From Anthoceros angustus (taxonomy: Eukaryota > Plantae > Anthocerotophyta), in NCBI GenBank assembly GCA_010909165.1, contig MU008228.1, forward strand, positions 1-64,000: 64,000 bases of DNA, given 5' to 3'. The position numbers and the translations under genes are program-made. Below the pieces are notes generated by a model. That model saw only the letters and a program-made list of their open reading frames with translations. It was not told the origin of the DNA and ran no database searches. Position 1 is the first letter of the stretch, and every line of letters begins with the position of its first letter. Of this stretch, positions 15,618 to 26,800 are shown piece by piece.

Positions 15618-18600
15618 TTGTTCTGTTCTTGGTTTGGTCACCAAGAATCCTTTCAACCTTTGCTGGGTTTAGAAAGTCTGCAGTTCAAATCTCTTGTGGA
15701 TTAATCATCTTGGTGGTGTTCACAAATGTGTTGGACTCACTAAGGTTGGAAATTGGCTTGGTGTTCGTGGCAATCGAGTTTCTCCTCGCCTCATTCAATT
15801 GGGCTACACACATGCTGGTTTGATCCCCTTCTCGTGCTGTCGTGATTGCTTCCATTGTCCCCCTCCATTCATGCTGAAATTCAATTGCACGATAGCGCAG
15901 CAAGATGCCGCTTGTGGTGATGGATGGCACCCTCCCATGCCGCCTGGAGGTCCTCTCATTCAACGATTGGTGCAAGCTTGCCAATTCACTAACTGTGATG
16001 ATGAAGGGATGAAGCTTCTTCAAACCATTGAGCGTAACTTGGAGCAATGTGTCACAATGACGGTATGCACAAGCAGCTTGGACGAGGAAAGAGTTCGGAT
16101 TGCCAAGGCTCAAGGTTGCAATCGTCGCATGAGCCCGGCCCATGCTTCTGAGGGCTGTGGATTCAACCATCCGGCTTCCCACCGCCAACATGACGGAGGA
16201 GGACCGCACCTTCATGTGAATATGTCGCCCAAGCACAAGAACAAGGCAATGATGAGGGTTTCCTCTCATGAGCAAAGGTCCCATTCCTCTTGTTGCACCT
16301 AGGGACATTGAGGTCGATTGTGCCATCTCCCACAAGATGTGGACGGTTCTAACCTCTCTTACTTGGCACCCTTCATCAAAACTTTTCAAGTCCTTTGTAG
16401 GCTAAGTGATGAAGAAATGGCGCATCGTTGACGAAGGCTGTGATGGAAATGTGGCTTGGGCTGGGTTTTTGCAATCGGTAAAGCCCCGCGCCTTGCTTTG
16501 ATGCTACCAAATGCCGAATGATGAGATGATGTTGTGTAGGGTAAAAGGCTCTGTGAAAACTGGTGGCCACGGGGAAGGACCATGACAAAACATGGTGGAA
16601 TTGGCTCAGCCTTACATCAAATGCATCCGCCAAGATTTGTTGAATGTTGATGGTAGGGCTCGCAATGGCGTGATTATCCGGTTTGACCAAGCCCTCGGTT
16701 CATGGTACAAGATTTGGATGAGTTCTTTCTGGCGAGCCTCCGTGTTCAATGGCTTCCTTCAAAGATTCTCGAATGCTGGCCAAAACCGTGATTGTGTGAA
16801 AGCCCACATTTCCTTCATGTACGTGAAATGATCTTTGGATGGTGCGCATTTGCCACTAACCCCACCCAAAGGCTCCTTGTTGCATTCCTCGGATCAGAAA
16901 ACTCATGATAGAAAATGATCGCCTCCTTCCTTCACGGAAGAATGCGATCGCTTGATGAAACAGAGTTGAGGTCCAATCAAAAATCCTATATGCGCAAAGC
17001 AAAGTCCGATGGGGACAAGCTGAAAAAGTCCTCACCAGAGGCACCCGTGGCAATAGGCAAGGTGGCCCTATGATGCACAATAGGTTTTCTAACAAATATC
17101 TAGCTCAGTAGCGGCCCTACTATCAAGAAGACTCTCCTATGGCTCGGACATTCACCGCTAGCAACCTTAGCTCTCCACCTAAAGATCCGACACCCGGCTC
17201 CAACACACATGGTGACGTGCAGCCTCGGTGCCTCTTCTACCTCTAAGCCTCCTAGTGGACTACGGGGAATCAAACTCTAGTGATTTTTGTAAGTTGCTGA
17301 TGACCCTCTTTTCTTCGTTGTCCTGGCTAATTTTTCCTTGGTTGCCTTTTCCAGGTGTCATCCCTGATGATCTGGTGCTGCCTGATCGCATGTTGCTTTT
17401 TGACACGACTGAATGGCAATTAGTGAAGCATGCACCTGATACCAATGCTGGTTTCGTTCACACGTTGTACTGTAATAGACTGTTGGAACATTTGCAAGTG
17501 AAAAGTTTGACCAAGCTACTAACATGCTTGGTGATGCCTCCTTGATGCGCCTAGTCTTGGAAACTACCTTTGATGGAGACATGTTGCCTCCTTGAGGCAA
17601 GAGGTACAAGCCTCGAAAGTTTTTGTGGATTTTCTTTTGAACGGAGATAGTGTGCCCAGAGACACTTGTGTGCCCATCACAAAAGCGCTTCCAAGCTTTT
17701 GTGGATCCTTTGACCATGGATCCCAATGATGGGGTGGCTCATGTTCGACCGCTGATTGTGCTCGTGAGGACCGTAACCTCAAGCACAACTCAAGATGGAC
17801 CGAACCAGATCCCCTTGCCTCCCTCAACGTCCCGATGCTGTGGAGAGTGTTCGGATTCTTTGCACAACTTGTGGAAATTTTCTTCGCACATGGGTGCAAC
17901 TGTTGGATGAGCATGTTTTGGCCCAAAATTGGCTTCACAAGTGCTTCCAATCTTTGAGACAAGCCAAAAACAAAGGCTTTGGTCCTATGGTAGGACTCAT
18001 GTTCGGAAAATTCATGCGCAAGGGATGAGCTCTCATGGCTCCTTAACCACCTCTATTGTTCGCCTTGATAAAGCCAACACCACGTGCTTTCAATGCACCT
18101 TCTATGTCGAAATGTGCCTTGAAAAGACTTTGTGATCCGGACTTTCACCGACTGGAAAATGGCACTTGGTTGCCTATCTCACATATCCCGAGTAACATTC
18201 AATTCCACTGAAAGCATACTCCCGAGATTCCGTGGACCAAGACTTTGGTCTCCCTACCTCATGGGAATTTTTAAACAGCATAAATTGAAGCATGTGGTTA
18301 ACCAATGGACATGATTGTGTGTTCTCTTCAAGTGCATCTACTCACATTTGCCACAAATCTTATTATTCCAATTTTTAAGGGATTGGACCCTTGGGCTTCA
18401 AGAGGGCTATAAAACCTACTTGGAGTGGATACTCAATGTTTTGGATCACGGAATCCGTGGTACAAGTGGCAATCAATCTCCCCGCTAAAATACATTCCAT
18501 TTTAGTCGCGGATATTACGCGATGCTATGAGGCTATTCCCACACAAGGGAAGACTCTGAAGCCATGGCTTTTGTCTTAAAAAGGCATACACTCATGTCAA

Positions 18601-18693
18601 CAGACACGTGAGCAAAACTAAAACCTTATGGGTGAAATACTCGTTCACCCGCAAGGCTTTTTGTGATTACAAGTGGGTTTATGATACACCTAG
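15618..18693 (+). mobile_element. Second PLE copy, 3-prime truncated
   Basis: Starts after ATCTATCTATC (15607-15617). Contains IVRLDKANTT and VADITRCYEAIP but lacks the GIPMG and YIDD region. Confidence 0.85.
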
Positions 18694-19349
18694 TGTGGAA
18701 CGCAAAAGTTTGGGCAACCAGCCCAAAAGAGCCCGAAGACGAACAAGTTTGATTTTTTTTGGCTAGGAACGATTGAAGAGGAGCATGCCAGGAAATTTTC
18801 GAGAATCTTGAAGCCGGAGTTGTAGGATATTGTTAGGAAGGCTAAGAGGATATCCGAGGAAGAAGAACGGGTCAAAACGACCCCGTGCAAGGCGTAATGG
18901 CTCAAAGGGCGGTCGGTAGACTACCAGAGGTCGCCACACCACGCCGGTAGGTCGAGAGGAAGGGCGACTACCGGGTAGGTCAGATCGCCAAAAAGGGAAA
19001 TTAGGATAGGGAGATATCCACTATATATGCCCACCAATAGTGGACTAGATAAATGGGTCGTAATAGGAAATTAAAAGCTAGATTGGGCCGTTAGGAAACT
19101 AGGGGAAATAGTATCTTAGTATAAGAGGAATTGGGAAACCCAATCAATCAGAAAAGGTGCCACGTGGTGCATATCCAAGGGCGTAGTAGATTGGTAGTTA
19201 CCATTCCTAACCCCAAGTTATCTTTATAATCACGCATGTGTGTAGGAGGTCACAACTTGAAGGTGAGGAAGCGCCAACACGCAGAAGGCGCCGCCACACC
19301 AAGAGTCAGAGAAGAGCCCCACACAAGATTACATGTACGNATCCATGCC

Positions 19350-20240
19350 AGCGATGCCCACCAAACTAAACCACCCGACCCACCTGGGCCGGACTTCGCC
19401 CGGACGACCACTCACGGACCTCTCAAGGACGGACCACCTCGACCTCGCGACGGACCACCGGACCTCGCCGGACGACCACCCGCTGACCTCGCCCGGACGG
19501 ACCACTCCGCCGGACCGCCCGGACGGACCACCCGTCCGACCTCGCCCGGACTCCGGACCGCCCGGACGGACCACTCCGACCGCCCGACGGAGACCACCGT
19601 CGGACTCGCCCGGACGGATCACCGCTCGGACCGCCCGGACGACTCGAATTACCGACCTCGCCGGACGGACTCATCGACCGCCCGGACGGGATCGAATTAC
19701 TGCAATTTAAGTGCAATCGCCGAAATGGCCTTATTACACAACTCCTCCCTATCCTCTTAACAAGAACGACCAAAAGCAAAACAAGCCGCCAAGAGTACGA
19801 TGTGGTTTGGCACCACACAGACCACTCCGTCGGACTCGCCTCGGACGGACCACTGCTCACGGACTCTGGCCTTTACCGGACCCTTTCCGTCGGACCTCGC
19901 CGACGGACCACTCCGGCCGACCGCCCTGGCCGGACGGACCACTCAAATACGGACCTCGCCGGATTCCCGCCGGACCATAAAATCTGACCGGACCTCCGCC
20001 TCGGACGCAGTGACCACTCCGGCTCTGACCTCGCCGGACGGACCACTCGAAAATTGACCGGGGCCTTGACGGATAGATCTCGAGGGTCTTATAGAGATGC
20101 AAATCAGGAAGTGCAATCCGCCGAAATGGCCCTATTGGCTAACTCCTCCCTATCCCTCTTAATAGAATGAATGTGACAGAAAAAAGCAAAACAAGCCGCC
20201 AAGAGTACTGGGACATCTGGATTCGGCACCCACGTAACGA
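19350..20240. repeat. GC-rich array of short CGGACC/GGACGGACCAC units, arranged as two larger ~420-bp copies
   Basis: Dense CCGGACGGACCAC motifs. The block GTGCAATC(C)GCCGAAATGGCC...AAAAGCAAAACAAGCCGCCAAGAGTAC is repeated at ~19710 and ~20110. Confidence 0.85.
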
Positions 20241-20589
20241 TGTAACAATTTCTTCACCACAGTGACGTGGCCAACACCGATCTTCCATTGTTAAATGTGC
20301 CTGCAGCATGCAACATGACCGCCGCTGCGGTCACTTGGATTCCTCAAACCCCATCCTCATCACATACTCCATGATGAAACCACCTTTGTCATTGTTTACA
20401 TTTGTCTTGTCCACAACTAAATGAGTCCCCCTTACAGCACCACTTAGCATAGCCTCCTCACCAAATGGTGTCTTCAACACCATGCATGATTATCATCCGA
20501 TATTGATCCACATCTCGTTAAACCATGGAAGGCGTGCAAAACATTTCCCACTTGCCGTCAAGCGCATCAAAGCGCTGGCCCTTCGACCT

Positions 20590-21010
20590 CTCAAAACCAC
20601 GGCACATCCATCCTCAGCAAAACAAAGAGTACCTTCTCTTCCTCGCGTGCCCTTTCGTATGTCGAGGATATCTCTTCCATGTAAATTGACGACACGACCT
20701 TTTCTCCGTGACCACGCCTCGGTGGTAGTCGCAAGACCTCCTTCACCTTTCCATTGCGACGGATGACGGAACTCACCAAGTGTGGTGGAACAGTGAATTG
20801 AAGGAGTCCGTCCTCTATGTCTCGGTCTGCTAGTTGTCTTTGCTCATCTTCTAAGCCCTTCCATGTATTCACCTCATAAATGAATTATTGAAAATCATAG
20901 GCACTTCGCCCGTGACCATTTCCTTAACATCCTTCCGCCGCACACATGACGGGAAACCAATATCGGCATTACAGGTCTTCATCCTCGGATCCAGGAAGAT
21001 GCTTAGCATC
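20590..21010 (-). mobile_element. Possible hAT transposase fragment
   Basis: Only the motif MLSIFLDPRMK (LDPR-like). No C-terminal dimerisation motif was found. Confidence 0.3.
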
Positions 21011-22122
21011 TGTTGCCGCTCCGTCGCTCTACCGCCTCCATTGGAAGCCATGGAGTACGCAGATGCCTACCACCCCCTTCGCACCCCCCTCCGCCCCGCC
21101 CCGATTGGCCTCGCCTAGCCTCTTGGGGCGGTGGCAAAGGCCCAGACAGCCCTTTGGCCTCAAGAAGGGTCCCGAGGGAGGGTGCCGCATTGTCACGCCC
21201 GGCCCTGTGTGAGCCCAACTAGTCAAACCTAGGGTGCGGGGCATCTGACGCCCACCACAACCATGGATCCCAAAGACAATGGTGGGCGCTGCATGCCGGC
21301 CGCCTCCTCAGAGAACCTTTCCTGCAGTTTGAACCACTAGCATATTGAATTGAAATTACCTTGCCCTCAAACGTCATTAATGCTGACCCAGCAACCACTT
21401 CGTTGAGTGTTGAGGATACTTATGTCTCACCATCTCGAAAGATGAACACCCAAGGTGCTTGGCCATTGCCACCTGAATGATATGCAACTTTTTCCTTCAT
21501 GAAAATAATCTACATCTGACATACCTTCTGAAATCGAAATGAATAGACCAACAACACTTTTTCGGCCGCATTGATAAGCATTTCCGCTGCTTTCTCTGGA
21601 ATGCCTTAAAAGCAACGTCAAGGCCCAATCCTAGCTCGGCAGCAGACCCAAGCGGATGATCCGGGCGGGCCCCTTCCTTCGAGACCCCCTTCGTTGAGCC
21701 ACCGGCGGCGGCCTGACAACGGCGGTCACCACCAAGTCCTCCTCTTCTGCACTCGGACTTGGGCATTCCGATACCGAAGTGCACCGATACATAAAACTTG
21801 GCAGAATGCCCTTACACAGATTGAAACCTTCCCACGTGGTAGCTTGTTCACCCATCCAGTCACCATACCTGTTTCCTCGTCTTCGACAACATCAATCAGG
21901 TCTTGCAAATGCTGTTCCTACTCTCCTTTTGTCATAAAAAAAAAGGACACAACAAAGGGACTTCAGCCTGCCATTTCCCAGCCTTGCTAAACGCAGCTGG
22001 GGAGGCGGGAAATCACCAGCCAATGCTCACACAACAGAAGGACTTCAGCCACGGTAAGATTTAACTTCCTACGGACTACAGGCTGTGATGTGGATGGATG
22101 TGTTTTTCAAAGGAAACGTGGA

Positions 22123-22815
22123 AAGACTATTTAATAGGGAAGTCTTCAACCTACTTGATACATTCACGAAAGAGGAGATTTACATTGAGTATGCCAGGCA
22201 GCAGGCTACAGCAATTACCACTCATGCTTGTTATAGCTATTTTTGCAGCCGCCATGGATTCGCATTTGTAGGCATCCGTTAAGATTCCAAGATGCAACCG
22301 TTTTCTGGTCTATGCTGACTGTTAGAAGATTGAAGCGAAAATTTAAAATGCCGAAACGCACAGGAAAGCAAGGTACTAAGTATGAACCGCTTTCTGCCTT
22401 TTTGTAGTTAACGGATGTCCTATGATTGTAGGTGTCCATTTTGTGGCTTGGATGGAAAACCCTAAACCATATTCTTTAGGGTTTTGTATAAAGTTTGATG
22501 TAGGTCAGCGAGCAAGGACTTTGGAGATGTGCTGTATGTAGGCTATTTGATGAGAATCTCTCTAAGCAAAACATAGCGGATAGTAGAAAGCTTTGCACAA
22601 AGAGTTGTATGCATTAATTATAATAGAAAGTACAAAGCCTTTATATAGGCTGGGTGGTTATAACCATAAGGTGGTTGTAACCATAAGTAGTTCTAACCTC
22701 TAGGTGGTTGTAACAACTAACTACAAAATAAATTACCTAAAGCCCTAAGAACTAAATTAATTAATAGTCTTAGGTGCCCTAGTGAAGAGTGCCCTAAATA
22801 GGTCATATTTCATCA
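22123..22815. repeat. ~690-bp direct repeat copy 1, containing a 320-bp TGATG...CATCA LTR-like unit (22496-22815)
   Basis: Matches 25754-26440. The unit has 5-bp terminal inverted repeats and CCTATATAAAGG on the minus strand. Confidence 0.8.
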
Positions 22816-23649
22816 CACCCTAAACTCACTATGAACTAGGTGTGAAGAAATAGCTTCAAAATAAGCCTAAAAAGGTTAGTTAGCTCCCACTAACTTGAAA
22901 GCTATTCGGTAACTAAGAAAACAATTAAAAACTGGCTTAAGTTACATTGAAGCAGAATTTAACGTAATCAAAATTAATTACCAAAAGCTTAATTAGGAAA
23001 ATAGTGAATTCCTAAATACGGTAAAAAAGATAAAAGTAAAACTTAAACTAGGTTAATCTTAGTAGAAACTATTGGTAAAAGTTAAAGGAAAACTTGAAAG
23101 AGGTAAAAAGTGAAAACCCATTAAATGGGTCATAGGCCATATGATGCTTCCGTGTGGGGTGGGGGTTAGGTCATCTGGTTAATGTACCCTCCCCATACGG
23201 TTTTGTTACGTGCCCCTTCGCCTCCATCGCTCCCGCTCTGTCGCTCCTCCCCAAAGAAAGCTCCTTGGCTATGGCTCGTGGCCGGATCAGGTCAGAGGAA
23301 AAGTGTGGCGTCCTTTGGCGCCGCCACACATGTACCTGTCTCACCCTGCGGTCGCCAGGCCGATCTTTGCCGAAGAATGGGACGCCGGCACACTGCTGCC
23401 GGGAAGAAGAAATTAGGAGAGGCTCGGGAGGGATCGCGCCTCTGAGAGTGAACGCCCCTCCATGCGTGCCCTGATCCTCTACACCCTGGATTCCAACGTT
23501 TGTTGAGAGCCCACCACGATTTCCTGGTGGTAGGAAGTGGTCTGGCACTCGTGTTGATGTTGAAGTCACCTTTGGAGAGGTGGAAGTCGTCCCTGCAGGT
23601 GATGGAGGTCGCCAATTGATGTGTGAGTGCTGCAAGATGCGGGAGTACC

Positions 23650-25000
23650 TCACTCAGGCTGGGAAATTGGAGAAAGATGCTGCCCCCATGTCTTGTCTCA
23701 ATTTGTTGAAGGTGCCTGCTGCCAATCCCAAGCCTAGGCATGCTCCAACAGCAGCATGTCGTCACCACAGTTGTGTGCACATGAGAGATCGTCGAGGAAG
23801 GTTCCAGAAGGTTCTTGTGGAGAAGAAAACGCCTGAAATTGTTCTCTCTGATTCTACTGCCTTGGAAGAGTGTTCATTGTGCAGAATGTTGGGAGGCTAC
23901 ATTGACGGAATGTGTGGCTCCGACTTTAACTGACAATCTATAGAGTCCATCTTCTAAGATGCCAGTGCAGATATTGGGTGTTCTATTCTTAAGGTAGGAA
24001 AGAGAACAACTATCGGCATATAAAAGGACCACATGTATGTTCTTTGCAAAGACTAGCGACACTAGGTTTTTGCACATGGCGATGGAGGACTTGGTGAAGA
24101 TGAAGAGTCTGACCTGAATCACATCTGAGGACAACAAAACCTAGGCCCGCTATGGGAAGGTTGTGATCATCGCCCAGGAGAACAGTCGGATGTCCTGTGG
24201 CTGGGGTGTATGACTCGAAGGAGTCTTTGTTGTAGCAGATATGTGATGTTGCTCCACTGTCCATATACCAATAAGCGGTGGCCGGCTTAGAGGATGCAAG
24301 GCAAATAGTGAGCACACGTGTTGTTGATGAAGAGTGTTTCTTCGAAGCAACATGAGCGGCGGGCCTCGATCTAGGTTCCCATTCTTCTTCTTTCTGATCC
24401 TTTTCCATGTGATTAGGAATTACGCACCAATTACAAATAATTCCACTCTTTTTGTGACCCCTGGAAGGCGTGGAAGAGTTGGATTCGCCATGAGATTTGT
24501 TTGGTGTGGAATAAGCAAGTTGATTGGAAGGAGAACTTTTGCGCGCCTCTTCCTGCCTCTTCCAACATCACTGCATCGGTGGACTTGGGCTCATGGCGTC
24601 ATGGACTCCTCTGAATCATGGCTCCGATGAGTTCGACAGCGATGTCGGTGGTAAATGCGCCGAGCCCGGTCTTTTGGGCTTGTCGAACCACGGCGTTACG
24701 TGGTGAGAAATGGTGCATAGGAGGGTGGGAGGGAAATCAAGAGAACAAGGAATGCAACAAGTTCGAGGAGGAGGTGTTGGTGGCGGCTTCATATTGAGAT
24801 CTAGCTTCTTTGGAAAGTGTTGATATGGTGTTCGACGGTCGATTCCTTCATCTTGATTGAAGAAGTTGATCGCGTCATCATACTCATCACATCTCTTGAA
24901 GAATATAAGCGAGCAAGGTGATCCCACATGTTTAGAAGTTTTGCTTGACGCATTGTCTTACCATGTTAAGTGCTAGTCCGATCGGAGGTCTTGAGCTTTT
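23650..25000 (-). mobile_element. Ty1/copia gag-protease-pre-integrase remnant
   Basis: Degenerate zinc knuckle CNWCVIPNHMEKDQ, protease WYMDSGATSHIC (ORF 24010-24408), then GILEDGLYRL and a WSMPRLG (WHxRLG-like) motif. Confidence 0.85.
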
Positions 25001-25753
25001 TCATCCCTGGCGTCCCAGGTTTCTTTGCTCTCGGAGCCCCACTGTGGTCTTGGTGTGGACCCACTTACAACGTCCCATAGGTCTCGATTGCGGAAAAGTG
25101 CGCGTTAGCAGCGCCAAAGCGTCATGCCCATTGAATCTGTCCTTCTCCTTAAAACTGTCACCATAGTTGTGATTCACCACGGAAGGTCGTACTTCATCTT
25201 TGGGTGGATCCTTCCTCTCCTCTCTCTCTCTTGTCGTCATGTTGTTGTTTCTCCTCGTTGTCCGGAACCAGCCATTGCGGTGGTCACTCTGTGACTTAGA
25301 GGCTGCGGCGCTCGCATTTCCTCATCATCATGCATGAAATCGGGCAAGGAGCAACAAGGAGAAACCTTTTTCTCTCGGCGTGTTTGTCGGGATGACAAGC
25401 GATGAGGAAAGTTTGATGAAGACATTTCGGCATGTGTGGATCGGTATGCTCAAGGAGGCGCTTATTGAGATCACGCACTTCTCTGCTCCTCTATCAACTG
25501 CGTTTTTGTGTGGTTGCATTGGAGACGAGGAAGAGGACACCTTGTAGATTTGGGATATGATCAAGAGCGAGTTCTATTGCTTTCACTTGACTTAAACTAA
25601 AGATAGTAAGCAAGTTTCTTCTAGCAATTTCTATTGCCTCCCTTGATCTTCTACTTTGATTAGAATAGAGCCAATGAAGTTAGCAATAAGTATGGAATCT
25701 CCTACTATCTTACTAGACTTCCTAGCAATTCTAATCTGCATTCTATATTATAG

Positions 25754-26440
25754 AAGACTATTTAATAGGGAAGTCTTCAACCTACTTGATACATTCACGA
25801 AGAGGAGATTTACATTGAGTATGCAGCGGAGGGCAAATTACTCATGCTTGTTATAGCTATTTTTGCAAGCTGCGGATTCGGCATTTCCGATCTGTTAAGA
25901 TTCCAAGATGCAACCGTTTTTTGGACTATGCTGACTGTTAGAAGATTGAAGCGAAAATTTAAAATGCCGGAAACGATAGGGAGCAAGGTACTAAGTATGA
26001 ACCGCTCTACCTTTTTTTTAGCACGGGATGTCCGGTGATTGGTAGGTGTCCATTTTGTAGCAGCTGTCGGTGGAAAACCCTAAACCATATTCTTTAGGGT
26101 TTTGTATAAAGTTTGATGTAGGTCAGCGAGCAAGGACTTTGGAGATGTGCTGTAGGCTGCTATTTGATGAGAATCATAGCTGCTCTAGGTAGCAAAATAT
26201 AGCAAGCAGATAGTAGAAAGCTTTGCACAAAAGAGTTGTATGCATTAATTATAATAGAAAGTACAAAGCCTATATTTGGTGGTTATAACCATAAGGTGGT
26301 TGTAACCATAAGTAGTTCTAACCTCTAGGTGGTTGTAACAACTAACTACAAAATAAATTACCTAAATCCCTAAGAACTAAATTAATTAATAGTCTTAGGT
26401 GCCCTAGTCAAGAGTGCCTTAAATAGGTCATATTTCATCA
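25754..26440. repeat. ~690-bp direct repeat copy 2, with LTR-like unit 26114-26440; candidate 5-prime LTR of the copia remnant
   Basis: Colinear with 22123-22815 and located upstream of the minus-strand copia gag. No canonical PBS was seen. Confidence 0.7.
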
Positions 26441-26469
26441 CTATTGACGGTGGCATTTGTCTTGTATGT

Positions 26470-26800
26470 GCAGATAGACTTAAAGAACTCGTCAATTACC
26501 ACCGGGATCAACAACAAAGGGCCCTAGGCGGCGAAAATGGCAAAGCATCGTGACAAGTGTATGGCTCAACCGACCAAGTACATGGGGATTGCGATAGATG
26601 GTATGGACCAAAAGAAAACTAAGTTGCCTCATTTCCACAGAGTTCCCAAAGATGTCAATAGTGTTGCTCTCGTCTCTGTCCATGTGGTTGGGGTTTTGGT
26701 GTTTAACAAATACATGCAAACTTCTGTGTACCTAAGCTATCCAAATCTGTGGAATGACCCTAAAGGGACAATTGTTGTAGTCCATCATGTAACATCATAA
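26470..26800 (+). mobile_element. DNA transposase fragment with a DGMDQ motif (Sola-like by recollection)
   Basis: HRDQQQRA...KHRDKCMAQPTKYMGIAIDGMDQKKTKLPHF...VHVVGVLV, followed by truncation. Confidence 0.5.

Larger units (their letters stand above)
11190..18693 (+). repeat. Unit 2 of the tandem duplication, truncated within the PLE RT
   Basis: Colinear with 3601-10190. Similarity ends at GATACACCTAG(T), where TGTGGAACGC begins. Confidence 0.95.
18694..21990 (-). mobile_element. LTR-derived segment with a TGTGG terminus at 18694, related to the long-LTR family; far boundary uncertain
   Basis: Junction begins TGTGGAAC like the LTR end at 44865. Segment 21630-21740 (minus) is homologous to 55930-56060 of the solo LTR (VVTAVVRPPPVAQ...RIIRLG in both). 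Confidence 0.55.

Noticed and set aside
19350-20060. CRISPR-like appearance of short repeats
   Set aside because: Units are irregular, lack unique equal-length spacers, have no cas genes nearby, and the context is eukaryotic.
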